A stretch of DNA of 63,473 nt, the filler included, from Octopus bimaculoides (lineage: Eukaryota): NCBI RefSeq assembly GCF_001194135.2. It is 4 parts of 4 records of this genome, joined end to end, with 100 filler letters (N's around TTAATTAATTAA, not from the genome) between each part and the next. Parts side by side here need not be neighbours in the genome. Positions count along the whole stretch, not along the records: positions 1 to 30,933 come from NC_068981.1; positions 31,034 to 59,085 come from NC_068983.1; 2 more parts are not named here. One strand, 5' to 3'. The notes under the pieces are model-generated. The model made no database searches. It was not told where the DNA came from and saw nothing but the letters and a program-made list of their open reading frames with translations. This document shows, piece by piece, positions 24,037 to 36,034 of the stretch. Position numbers and translations under genes: made by a program. The number at the start of each line of letters is the position of its first letter. The stretch's first letter is position 1.

Positions 24037-24599
24037 CAGATCAAAGCTAAAGTGAGCAGTAAATTCATAGATTAATGGAGAAATAATGGGTTGGTTATGT
24101 TGATGGATTGACATGCTAACAATTACTCGGAGGATTGGATGAATTGTTCGGTTGTGAAATACAACTAATTCAATCAGTATACAAGGTTTCTTACATCATG
24201 TGCAACAAACCGTACTTTCTGTAGATTCATGTACTTATTGCTTTTGAAGGAAAAAAGAGGAATTGATTGCCTCTTGGGGAAAATAGGTTTGAACTGATCG
24301 CCAGTATTTATGAAGCAATTATGTATTACTTTTCATTTCTATTTTGTACAGGTTGTTTGAAATAATACGAAATCAATATCAGTATTGTCTATTCTAGCCT
24401 AATCGAAATAGTTTGCATTCGCTCTTCATGTCGTTCATTTGTTAGGCACTTTGTACTTGCGAATATTTGTCCCTTTCCAAAATACACCGAAGCACATTGA
24501 ACTAAAAGCTGATATTGAGCATTTTAACTGCCACCTCTGATATATAGAATTCTTCGGCAATAAGGATTTAAATGACGAATTAATTGTCAGAAATAAATC

Positions 24600-26470
24600 C
24601 CACTTCACCCCCTACAAGGGGAATGACAAACATTTAGACGCATATAGAGACACAATTTCACAGTTTCCCTTAAGTACCCATAAATGCAAACAAAACCTTC
24701 GTGAAGATGAAAAGGAAGCCTTACTAACACTGAAGAATGACAATTCAATCATCCTAAAAGAAGCCGATATGGAATGGAGCGATAGTAATCATGGACAAAG
24801 ACTACTATAAGGATAAAATATTAGAAATTCTAACAGACTAAACCTACTACAAGGATGAACCAAGACACCCGGAAAGTCAATAATGAATAAAATCAAAACA
24901 CTAATCAATGAATACTAAGATTCCTTCACAGACAAGGAGAAAGATTACTGCAACTTTATAATCAAAGACAGCAATTTCTATGGATTACCCAATATCCACA
25001 AAAGCTCCGAAATACAGAGCACCATAAATGAACAGAAGAACCAATACATAAAAATATCAAAGCATACTGACCTCAAACTGAGACCAATAATTGCTGGACC
25101 TCAAGCACCAACACAACAACTGAGTCATCTTTTGGTTATACTCCTAAAACTTTTGTGCCCATTAATACCCAGCTATATACAGGACGGCGTAGATTTCCTC
25201 AAGCACATCCCACCCACTCACCCAGAAGGTACTATACTTCCAAGCTTTGACGTCACAAATCTTTATACCAATATACCTCACACTTTGGGTCTGGAAGCAA
25301 TCAAACACTAAGTAGAGAAACATAGAGGATGGATAAATGGACGCTTCAAAACTGACTTCATCACCAAGGCCACATGCCTGGTACTGCAAGAAAACACCTT
25401 CAGGTTTGATAATAATACATATCGATAGTTAAAGGGCATGGCTATGGGGACGCGGTTTGCACCCTCATATGCTAACCTAGTCATGGGATACTTCGAAGAA
25501 AAGCTTTATGAGGAGATAGAGAGAGCTTTTAATCATGATTGGAAGAAATATGTCATTAAAAAGTGGAAACGCTTCCTCGATGATTGCTTCATCGTTTGCT
25601 ACAAATTAAATGAAGATCTACAAATATTTAATAATATACTCAACACACTTCACCCATCCATCAAATTCACGACAGAAACCAGTTGCAATGAATTACCATT
25701 TTTGGATATTCACATAAAAATATACAACTCCACAGTTACAGACATATTTTACAAAAATACGGACACGCACCAATATTTGAATTTCTATTCCTGCCATCCC
25801 TCACTCATCAAAACGAACATTCCATACAGCATGGCAAGACGTATCTGTACTATAGTGATTGACTCCAAAGTACTTTAAATCCGATTCAACGAGCTCAAAG
25901 GCTCCCAAACAAAACAGAAATGCCTCATAGAATTAATAAACGATAGAATTAAAAAGGCGATGAAGCTGAGCATCACACAACTGAGGACACCAAAGGGAAA
26001 AATTAATGAACAGATGATTCCATTTATCAATACGCACAATCCTGGGGTAGCCAACATCTTTCAAGCTATAAAATCAAACCTACCTATACTTCTACAAAGA
26101 CCCAAACCTGATCGATAAAAAACCCCTTAGGAAACACTAGATGCCAGCCAAAAAATCTCAAAAAACACCTCACAAGAGCAAAATTTACATCAGAGATGAA
26201 TCAGAATTCTCTGTAAAAGAATGTGGAAATCGCAGGTGTGGAATGTGTGGAATATGCAACAACAACTTCAAATACTTAGAAAGTGGTTCCCACATAAAAT
26301 TCAAGAGCGGATTCTCGCTCAAAGTAAATGCAGACATGAACTACAAGATACAGACTCTCATATACTGCATTGCTTTCCCCAGCTGCAAAGAAAATTACAT
26401 TGACGAAACAAACACTTCTCTATGCCAACGTTCAAGAATCCAGACAACACATCCAACAAGAGGAATTGCG
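24600..26470 (+). mobile_element. Penelope-like element (Neptune-type: RT + Cys linker + GIY-YIG), decayed
   Basis: EKEALLTLKNDNSIILKEAD, FYGLPNIHKS, LRPIIAGPQAPT, FDVTNLYTNIPH, GMAMGTRFAPSYANLVMG, WKRFLDDCF, LPFLDI, TDTHQYLNFYSCHP, linker CGNRRCGMC, and GIY-YIG-like LIYCIAFPSCKENYIDET. Multiple stops and frameshifts. Confidence 0.9.
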
Positions 26471-26999
26471 CAAGATCTTTATCATTTTGATTTTGTCTTG
26501 ACGAGTTCGATAAACGAACGAAAGCGTTAATAAAGAATTATCCAAAATTCTGACTGCCTCCTTTTTCTCAATATAAAAAATCTGTACACCACTTCAAACA
26601 CCCTATGCGCGCTCACGCACACACGCATACACACACACACACACATATACATATCAAAATGAAACACGAACTAAATAATATATGACATAGTAGATAACTG
26701 TCAACCTTGTTACTGATATATTTTGATACTTATTCGGTTGGCATATATCCTTTATTATATATTATCTGTGATTAATTGAGAGTCGGAAGCGTTGGATTAC
26801 ATACTTTTACTGCCCAGATAGACTAGATATCTATTCTCATATGTCTAAGTCTTCTCTACTGTTCAGAGCAGGGTTTTGTTTCCTAAAGATGTTTATCTCT
26901 CAAATCCTGACTTGTGTTTTTACATTTCTTTAATAGATTCGCCATAAGGAAACATAGAAATTTCAGAGACATATTTCATTAGGAAACAGAGCATTACAC

Positions 27000-27412
27000 T
27001 AAAGGATGAAGAATTGGGCGTATAATCTCACACTCACGTCGCCCAATTTATTGGGAGAACACAAAACAGTCCGTCTATTACTTAGAATCACTTAGGAAGG
27101 AATTTCAACCACGTTTCGGGGTTCGCTACCTCAACAGCTCCTTTATAGGATCCAGTGGCTAAGGACATCATTAGGAGGAACTACATCCGGTTTCCGCCCC
27201 TACTCGACGTGACGGGGCCCCTCTTTCGGAGGTGTCTTCAGCTCTGATGTTGAGTGCGTGTTTTTCCTTTTTTCCTTGTTTTTTTTTTTCTTCTTTGGTT
27301 TCTTCGATGCAGCATCAACGACTCTCAGCGGGCGAATAACCACCCTGCTAAATTTCCCTTTAAATACTCGCCGGCTAACTGTCATGTGACACAATCTAAG
27401 CTTCAACTGAGC
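27000..27412 (-). mobile_element. GC-richer non-coding retroelement terminus (3' UTR of the HERO-like fragment or a Penelope pLTR)
   Basis: Composition differs from the flanks, it lies across the gap from the HERO-like fragment, and it contains CTGTTGA...CGAAACGT on the minus strand. Confidence 0.35.
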
Positions 27413-27822
27413 NNNNNNNNNNNNNNNNNNNNNNNNNNNNNNNNNNNNNNNNNNNNNNNNNNNNNNNNNNNNNNNNNNNNNNNNNNNNNNNNNNNNNNNN
27501 NNNNNNNNNNNNNNNNNNNNNNNNNNNNNNNNNNNNNNNNNNNNNNNNNNNNNNNNNNNNNNNNNNNNNNNNNNNNNNNNNNNNNNNNNNNNNNNNNNNN
27601 NNNNNNNNNNNNNNNNNNNNNNNNNNNNNNNNNNNNNNNNNNNNNNNNNNNNNNNNNNNNNNNNNNNNNNNNNNNNNNNNNNNNNNNNNNNNNNNNNNNN
27701 NNNNNNNNNNNNNNNNNNNNNNNNNNNNNNNNNNNNNNNNNNNNNNNNNNNNNNNNNNNNNNNNNNNNNNNNNNNNNNNNNNNNNNNNNNNNNNNNNNNN
27801 NNACCTGTTCCCCGCACTCTTC

Positions 27823-28260
27823 GATTAATCTCTCTTACCTCTTCTCCTTCCGTTGCTCTGCGATGTTGACTTCCCATGACACTGTCAGCTCTGTAAAATT
27901 CCAATTTTTCGTTCTGTGTTCCATAAAATTAAGTCTGGTCTCTTTGTTGTTTTTATAAGTGGAAATATTAACAGCCTTTCCAAATCCAAGTCCAGCTCCC
28001 AGTAACTCTTCCACCTTTCGTCTGTCTTGTATACTTTTTTTGAAGGCCTGGTCTTATGCCCTTTTCCATCCTTCTGGAAGTAAATCCTTCCACGCTTTTC
28101 CACTTTTGGGTACTCTCCCCTATTATATCCCTCGATCTTCTTGAGTGTGGCGGTTATGACACCGAGGACTTGATTGTGACGCCATGTATATCTGTCTAGT
28201 TCTAGCCTACAGTTTGACAAAACATATCTCACCGTCACTCTCTCTCCGCATCAGTCGATT
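27823..28260 (-). mobile_element. HERO/NeSL-like non-LTR retrotransposon fragment (restriction-like endonuclease region)
   Basis: VLSNCRLELDRYTWRHNQVL ... WELDLDLERLLIFPLIKTTKRPDLILWN, matching the C...RYTWRHN and RPD motifs of REL-endonuclease LINEs. Continues into a gap. Confidence 0.75.
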
Positions 28261-28373
28261 GTATGTTTCACCGGACTAAAATTTGTATATAAAACAAAAC
28301 TTCCACTTGTTTTATTATTTTTCCTAATTTACTTTATACTATTTAGAATTTGCTATGGACTGTTGTCGTTCAC

Positions 28374-28377
<4 letters not shown>

Positions 28378-28431
<54 letters not shown>

Positions 28432-28566
28432 ACAACAGGCTTCTTTTCTGTTTATCAAATCCACTCACAAGACTTTGGTCGGCCCGAGGCTATAGTAGAA
28501 GATACTTTCCCAACTGCCACGCAGTAAGCGTGAACTCGGAACCATATGGTTGGGAAGTAAACTGTT
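28378..28566 (-). mobile_element. SINE family B 5' half with (CA)n
   Basis: CAAATCCACTCACAAGACTTTGGTCGGCCCGAGGCTATAGTAGAAGATAC matches other family B copies. Confidence 0.85.
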
Positions 28567-30450
28567 TAATTTAATGTCAATGTAGTGTTAAACGGATAGG
28601 TTGCAATAATTTACCGTTATTTTTTTTTTACGTAAGATTCTTTAAATTCTTTAATATGTTATTTCTGAATATATTAAGTTCATCACCGTCCATATTAAGG
28701 TAGAATGGCTTGTCCATTGTAACATAGGTTTATGTTGGATTTTTCTGAATATTTTGCTCATTCGCTTTAGAATGAGTACTGTTACTACTTCATGTGTATC
28801 CACTCCGTTGTAACATTTCATCGTGATATCAAAGGGATCATGATTTTCTTATTTCACCAACTCAATGTTGTCCTGGAATAGGAAAGATTTTCTTGCATGC
28901 ATAATGATGATTATATTTCTTGATCGCTCACTTGACTAATGATGATTTTAATAACAACTGGGAAGTTTATATTGGGAAGTTTATAAAAGTGTTGTCTTTT
29001 ATGTTGTTAAACCAATTTATGTTGGATGTGTGATCGTTCATTGTGTGATTTCGGTTTTTTTGTCATACTTTGGAGTTAATATTTGCCAAGATTCTGTTTA
29101 CTATAATTAGTATTCCTTACGTGAAATTTCTTGATCTGCTTTTGAGATTGTTCCTAAAACTGGGATTGTTGTCTTTCAGTTATATATATGCTTCTCGTTG
29201 CGTAAGGAATTAAGTCTATCAGCTATTTTACAGAACATGTCTTACCGTTGGGGTTTACCTTCTTTGCATGTTTTTGCTAATGCAATTGTCGGGAAATTTT
29301 TATGTATGCCTTCGTCTGTTACACGTACGTTATTTGTCTTGTCTGTAAATAGAATTTTTTCGGACTCTTGTAGTAATTTGATGTCACTACATGCATGCAT
29401 TTTGCTTAGAATATGTAGTTGCGAACATTTCTTATCACACTTGTCCAGGGTTTCTGTGTTGCGTTTTGCGTAGTTAACTTTCTATCGTATTATTTTGATT
29501 ACGGTTTCAACATTTTGGAGGGAGCGTTTCTGGTATTGTATTATGTTATTTGCATATTTTCGCTGAGTGTATGTGAGTATCTTTCCAAGTTCAGTTTGGC
29601 ACTACCCGATCTAGTTGGGGCTGCTGGTTATTCTTAGGTCGAATTGTACCAAACAATAAAAGAGGGTTGCTAATCACTTGGCGTAGAGTATACATTTTAT
29701 TGAAACTAAATATATGTCTCACTTTATTGCAATCGGCAAATGAGAGCTATTGCAATTCGGTTTGGTGTTGTCAATATATTTGTTACTGCGGGTCTAGTCT
29801 TTTTCTTAGGTTTGTTCATCGGTTTGCGTTTGGGCTTTTTCTCATAAGCCGATACTTTTCTGCCTCGTCATTTGTTATATTATGTGGTGTAGTGTTTATT
29901 TTTCTTGTGCTTGTTAGGAAAGGAGAAGGGTAATATCAATTCATTACTAAATTTGTTCTTTCTATTTGGTTTAAGTATGTATGTTTTGGTATATTCTTCG
30001 CTTTTCTTACAATAATGTTTCGTAAATATTGTTGATTTAATCAAAATTAAGAGATTGTAATGACTTGTGTATGATTGAATTTAACTGTAAAGCATATATT
30101 TTGGAGGTTTTATTTTTTATAGAAATATTTATGAAAAAGTAAATAGTATTTCATAATTATTGAGTGATTTTGGCAAGGCTTGTAGAGACTGTCTGTTAGA
30201 CCGATGAAGGATTTTGTTTATTTCGCTTGACGACATATATTTTTTATAATAAATTTTGAGATATGTTTGAGTACGTTGTGATGCTGACGTCATTATTTTC
30301 GGTATTGAACATCTGGTTTTAGTATAGCTGAGAGGTTTAGGCTGGAATGTTTGGAATTTTGTTTTACTCAGTGTGAAGGGTAGGAGTTTTCATATTGCCT
30401 TGTTGATATTATCTGTTAGGCTAATTAAAGAATTTTGAACAAAAAGTATT
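28567..30450 (-). mobile_element. Penelope-like element of a second clade (Naiad-like RT), heavily decayed
   Basis: Minus-strand remnants: DIKLLQESEKILFTDKTNN, EAYI*LKDNNPSFRNNLKSR, INWFNNIK, HARKSFLF...PFDITMKCYNGVDTHEVV. These resemble the recalled ADKTTN / AFITLKDHK..F.NNPKCRL / FDVTMGSYDGAEVCELV pattern. Confidence 0.65.
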
Positions 30451-31034
30451 GTTTGAATTATAGGTGTGTTTATGTATAGTGTGTGTCTTATGATCAAGTC
30501 TTCTCATTTTCTGCGTAGATCAGTATGCTTGTTTATGCGAGTATCTTGGTAAAGGTTTGTTTTGGTTGGTTGGTTGTACTTTGATTGTTGTGGGTGTTTT
30601 TTTTTTCGTTCTTTTTGTATGCTTAGGGGGTGCAAACTCAGTTTCAAAATTTGGCACTACTGGAGAAGTGTGGATCCGAGTTCTGGGAGTGTGCATGTCA
30701 CAAATTTGCGCATGCGCCCACGTTAGTCGTAAGTAGTCGAATTTAGCACACAGGTAAAAAACGAGACGCTCGCTACTTGCTGTAAATGGAGGGTGGGTTA
30801 TCCATCTAATACAAGAAGAAAATTGCAGATAAATTGAATAAAATTGAATAAATTGAATGAAAAATAACAAAATGATATTTCATTGCAAAGTAAACCATTC
30901 TGAAAGATAGTTCAGAATGTTTTCAAAACATTCNNNNNNNNNNNNNNNNNNNNNNNNNNNNNNNNNNNNNNNNNNNNTTAATTAATTAANNNNNNNNNNN
31001 NNNNNNNNNNNNNNNNNNNNNNNNNNNNNNNNNA

Positions 31035-32160
31035 TAACAACAGACGAGGACAGGTGGTGTAAATAACAAAAGTATATATTAGTATGACGCTCGGGAATAC
31101 GGAAAGTCTTTGACGTTTCGAGCTACGCTCTTCAACAGAAAGAATACGGAGACAAGGAGAAAAACACGGAGAAAAAAAATTGAATAGTGTTCATTCAACG
31201 GTCAATCATAATAATGGCCGATCATAACAATGGCTGACCGGAAGTTAGAAATTCTTATTTCAGGAGAGCTAAGAAAGGGGAAGATAACAAACGGTGATCG
31301 GGAACGAGGGGCTGTGTGTGGGAGGTAGAATGCTGGTGATCTTGACGTATGTAGTGTGAAAATGGGGAAGGGAGAAAGGGAGAAAGTAGTTGGTCAGTTG
31401 TAGTGTGTGCGTGGTGTGATGCGAGGGTATTTCACCTTGCACATACACGTATATGCCTACCCAATGCATACAATTCGCACACACATGTCACGCACATACT
31501 GACTTATCTTAACACACGTATTGATATAAGAAACATAACCATACAGAGTTGCATACAGCTACACACCATCTCAACACTCAGACACGTTTTATATATCTTA
31601 TTATTGCTCACAAACCTTTAACCACCGACACTGATAATGTTACGTAAGTATCTCCCGGGAGAGATGGAATGAAAAGTGAGAAATAGAAAGACAGGGAATA
31701 GAGACAGGCTGATAGATATATATAAACAGAAAGAGTTATTGCTCTGGCTGGAAAGGGCTATACGTTCGCGCGTACGCGCACATACAGACACACACGCGCG
31801 CACGCATGTATGTATATACATATATAAATATAGATACATACATACACATACACGCATACACACACATACATAGTTAGATAGATAAACAGAGAGAGTAAAA
31901 GACAACAAAAACGACAAAAAATCACTCTGAGAAAGGTAGGGGAAATATATATATATATATATATAAACAATATATGAGTATATGCATATATATGTACATG
32001 TATGTACATACCTTCATCTACATGTACATATAGATACATAACTGGGTACATGAGGTGGCAAAAGAACATGTACAAAATGGTAAACAAGGTACAACAAACA
32101 AGCAAGCCACATAGAAACATCTCCTTCATCAGCTGCCACCATTAAAACACCGGCGTTTCA
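31035..32160 (-). mobile_element. Probable pLTR / 5' non-coding region of the Naiad-like Penelope element
   Basis: Co-oriented with and upstream of the decayed RT, across a small gap. Contains a minimal hammerhead-like motif, a known hallmark of PLE pLTRs. Confidence 0.55.
31107..31143 (-). ncRNA. Minimal type I hammerhead ribozyme-like motif (non-canonical core)
   Basis: Minus strand UCUUU-CUGUUGA-A-GAGC-GUA-GCUC-GAAAC-GUC-AAAGA: 5-bp stem I, 4-bp stem II, palindromic ACGU in place of stem III, GUC cleavage triplet. The core has U at conserved position A6. Confidence 0.6.
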
Positions 32161-32790
32161 TATATATATATATACATATANNNNNNNNNNNNNNNNNNNN
32201 NNNNNNNNNNNNNNNNNNNNNNNNNNNNNNNNNNNNNNNNNNNNNNNNNNNNNNNNNNNNNNNNNNNNNNNNNNNNNNNNNNNNNNNNNNNNNNNNNNNN
32301 NNNNNNNNNNNNNNNNNNNNNNNNNNNNNNNNNNNNNNNNNNNNNNNNNNNNNNNNNNNNNNNNNNNNNNNNNNNNNNNNNNNNNNNNNNNNNNNNNNNN
32401 NNNNNNNNNNNNNNNNNNNNNNNNNNNNNNNNNNNNNNNNNNNNNNNNNNNNNNNNNNNNNNNNNNNNNNNNNNNNNNNNNNNNNNNNNNNNNNNNNNNN
32501 NNNNNNNNNNNNNNNNNNNNNNNNNNNNNNNNNNNNNNNNNNNNNNNNNNNNNNNNNNNNNNNNNNNNNNNNNNNNNNNNNNNNNNNNNNNNNNNNNNNN
32601 NNNNNNNNNNNNNNNNNNNNNNNNNNNNNNNNNNNNNNNNNNNNNNNNNNNNNNNNNNNNNNNNNNNNNNNNNNNNNNNNNNNNNNNNNNNNNNNNNNNN
32701 NNNNNNNNNNNNNNNNNNNNNNNNNNNNNNNNNNNNNNNNNNNNNNNNNNNNNNNNNNNNNNNNNNNNNNNNNNNNNATATATATATATA

Positions 32791-32938
32791 CTTTTCTACT
32801 CTAGGCACAAGGCCCGAAATTTTTGGAGGTGGGGGCAGTCCATTAGATCGACCCCAGTAAGCAAGTAGTACTTAATTTATCGACCCCGAAAGGATGAAAG
32901 GCAAAGTCGACCTATTTGACCATTTGAACTCAAAACGT
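32791..32938 (-). mobile_element. SINE family A, 5'-truncated, tail type 1
   Basis: Reverse complement of the family A body and tail type 1. Confidence 0.85.
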
Positions 32939-32959
32939 ATATATATATGTATATAGAAT

Positions 32960-33125
32960 GGAGATCCTCATAGCTCCTTGTGGAGCATAGGGCCAGTTTT
33001 CCGGTTTCCATGGCGTATGTGTTCCCCACTAGCTGGACGGGACGCCAGTCCATCGCAGCTTTTTACTCAAGAAACAGAAAGAAAAAGTGAGAGAAAGTTG
33101 GGGCGAAAGAGTACAAGAGGGGTCA
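32960..33125 (-). mobile_element. SINE fragment (family D): family C central domain with a different 3' tail
   Basis: Minus strand CCCCTCTTGTACTCTTTCGCCCCAACTTTCTCTCACT resembles family C CCCTGCTGTACTCTTTCACCACAACTTTCTCTCACT, followed by CTGCGATGGACTGGCGTCCCGTCCAG...GAAACCGG. Confidence 0.55.
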
Positions 33126-33499
33126 TAAAAAAACTGATCCTCCTGTATTTTCTTGTACCCAAAGTTAGGAACTTTTCAGTACCCCCCCCCCTCGCATATA
33201 TCTATTGGCAAGATAAAGACAAGATAACTGAGCATGCGTGGTGATAAAGGAGATTACCAAAATATCTGAAGGGATCTCCTAACCTCCCATCACCATCCAA
33301 CTCGGTGTGTGTTCAGGCTATAAAAAAAATCAAAAACAATCATTCAGCCTTGCATCACGGTTTCTGACCCAGTATGACGATATATTGCCACCTTCACCAC
33401 TTACCACTGTTAACCTGCTACCAGCAACTTCGAAACTGGTGACGATATTTGCTTATGTCCTCTTGGCCACGTTTGAATGAAATATGGATACGTCCCTAA

Positions 33500-33541
<42 letters not shown>

Positions 33542-33551
33542 NNNNNNNNNN

Positions 33552-33593
<42 letters not shown>

Positions 33594-33840
33594 CATGCCT
33601 GCAGCGACTACTGTATCATGTGCTTGATCCTTATCACAAATATACGCATACACATAATATGTAATATATATTTTTATTATATGATATTCAGATGATAAAA
33701 GTAAACTCAAAATTTAGCGATATTTCAAGAAAGAAAAAAAGAGTTTGTGTTTTGCAAATGTTCCAACAATCGTTTAAGGAGTTGCTTTTCATATATAATT
33801 TAACGTAATAAGTAATTTCAATGATAAAGCACACACATAC

Positions 33841-34222
33841 GTTGTTGGCACTCCGTCGCTTACGACTTCGAGGGTTCCAGTTGATCCGATCAACGGAACA
33901 GCCTGCTCGTGAAGTTAACGTGCAATGGCTGAGCACTCCACAGACACGTGTACCCTTAACGTAGTTCTCGGGGATATTCAGCGTGATACAGTGTGACAAG
34001 GCTGGCCCTTTGAAATACAGGTACAACAGAAACAGGAAGTAAGAGTGAGAGAAAGTTGTGGTGAAAGCGTACAGCAGGGTTCACCACCATCCCCTGCCGG
34101 AGCCTCGTGGAGCTTTAGGTGTTTTCGCTCAATAAACACTCACAATATCCGGTCTGGGAATCGAAACCGCGATCCTATGACCGTAAGTCCGCTGTCCTAA
34201 CCACTGGGCCATTGCGTTCCAC
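33841..34222 (-). mobile_element. SINE family C, full length
   Basis: Reverse complement of the 14752 copy. Confidence 0.92.
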
Positions 34223-34683
34223 AATTAAACACATACACACATACACACATACACACACATATAATATCAATATGATTATATAAAAAAAAAACCAATTGAC
34301 AGACACATATGTATGTGTGTCTATGTGCATGTTGTACATACATAGACATGTGTGGACACTATGTGTTTCTGTGAACAAACTACTCATGAATTTTCTGTCC
34401 GAAACCTTATAATTGGAGAGTATTTGTATCTATTCAAGTTGTATATACACTCGCCATAATAAAGACACACCGTGTTAGCAAACTAGGATACTTTTTGCCT
34501 TGTAAAATTTAGTTTATGCTTTACCTAGAGCTTTCAAAATATTATTTTATCTAAAATAAACATTTTGAACCAAGCAGTTCTGCACAAAGAAGTGTGTTTC
34601 GCGCTGTGTAATATAACATATGAAGTCTGAGAATATAGAAATTAGTTTATATATATTAAACAATATTTATATTTTTCATACTA

Positions 34684-34721
34684 GGTGTGCAGTAGGTTTT
34701 TCAGCAAACCTACTGCACACC
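34684..34721. repeat. Perfect 16-bp inverted repeat, 6-nt loop
   Basis: GGTGTGCAGTAGGTTT-TTCAGC-AAACCTACTGCACACC. Confidence 0.9.
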
Positions 34722-34756
34722 CAGTAAGCTTGCATCCTTTCAGACTATATATACAT

Positions 34757-35438
34757 TGGCTTTCAAATTTTGGCACCAGACCAGCAATTTCGGGGGAGGA
34801 GTAAGTCGATCATATCGACCCCGGTGCTCAACTGGTACTTATTTTAGCGACCCCGAAAGAATGAAAGGTAAAGTCGACCTCGGCGGAATTTGAGCTCAGA
34901 ACATAAAGGCTGATGAAATTCTGTTAAGCATTTCGCCCGGCGCGGTAACGATTCTGTCAGGTCGTCACTTGAAATAACCGTTACAAACTTTGGTACGAGG
35001 CCAGCAATTCTGAGGAGAGAGGCAAATCAAAGACTCGAGCCCAATATTTGACTAGTACTTTATGGTATCGAACTCGAAAAGACGAAAGGAAAAGTTGACC
35101 TCGGTAGAATTTGAACTCAGAACGAAGCTAACTGGGAGAAATACCGCAACGCATTTCTTCGGACGCTCTAACGATTCTGCCAATCAATTCCTGTCCCTAT
35201 AATGATGATGTTGCTGATGCTGATAATAACAATGACGATTTCAAATTTTTGCCACAAAGGCAACTTAGGAGAGGGAATTAAGTCGATTACATCGACCCCA
35301 GTGCGTAACTGGTACTTATTTAATCGACACCGAAAGGATGAAAGGCAAATTCGACTTCTGCAGAATTTGAACTCAGAACGTAGCGGCAGACGAAATACGG
35401 TTAAGCATTTCACCAACGATTTTGTCAGCTCGTCGCTT
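34757..35438 (-). mobile_element. Three co-oriented family A SINE copies (about 34757-34970, 34977-35185, 35234-35438)
   Basis: Each has the reverse-complement body ...CGAAAG(G/A)ATGAAAGG...GAATTTGA(A/G)CTCAGAAC and tail type 3. Divergence differs between copies. Confidence 0.8.
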
Positions 35439-35439
35439 T

Positions 35440-35489
<50 letters not shown>

Positions 35490-36034
35490 TGCAGTACCAG
35501 GCAGTAGCTCTCATGGCTTTTGATCATAACTGGTTGGAAGTGTAACCATGTACGTTGTTATGTCTTGGTATAAAAGATGGTCTACAGTAAATATTCTGCT
35601 CAACACCACAGATTTGCTTGTCAATTGTTTGACCTTAACCAGTTGAGCATGTCTTTGAGCATGACGATATGTGCATCTCTGATCATGAGTAGAAGTAGTG
35701 GGGGATCATCGTAGCCATGTGTTGAGAGGAATTCTTTGGGATTTGGATAATTCACCTCTGGAAACATGGGTGTTTCGTTTAACATCCTTAAACAACCCTT
35801 ATTCAGGAACCTTTTGAACGGGATTGGTTACTCGACCTGAAGGAAATTCTAATTCGGCTTCACCTGCAAGGTCATGAACAGTTTATCTAGATACGAGATC
35901 ACAATGTTGCGCACATACGCTTGTGTTGCATGTGCCTGGTGTACCCTTATCAGATGGGTAGTCATGATGGGTGTATTGGACTTTGTATATTATACCTCAG
36001 TGCCACTGTGATGACATGCACTGCTGTGTTACTC
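35490..36034. mobile_element. ~545-bp interspersed element embedded in an (AAT)n microsatellite
   Basis: Complex non-coding sequence bounded immediately by (AAT)n on both sides (35440-35489 and 36035-36107). Resembles an abundant octopus repeat from memory. Confidence 0.55.

Noticed and set aside
30978-30989. TTAATTAATTAA island between N runs, repeated at 59130-59141 and 62112-62123
   Set aside because: The identical 12-mer is always embedded in N blocks of similar size, so it is a scaffolding or linker placeholder rather than genomic sequence.
32100-32160. Canonical hammerhead from CTGATGA and GAAAC on the minus strand
   Set aside because: The motifs are present, but I could not form stems II and III or an NUH cleavage site in any permutation.
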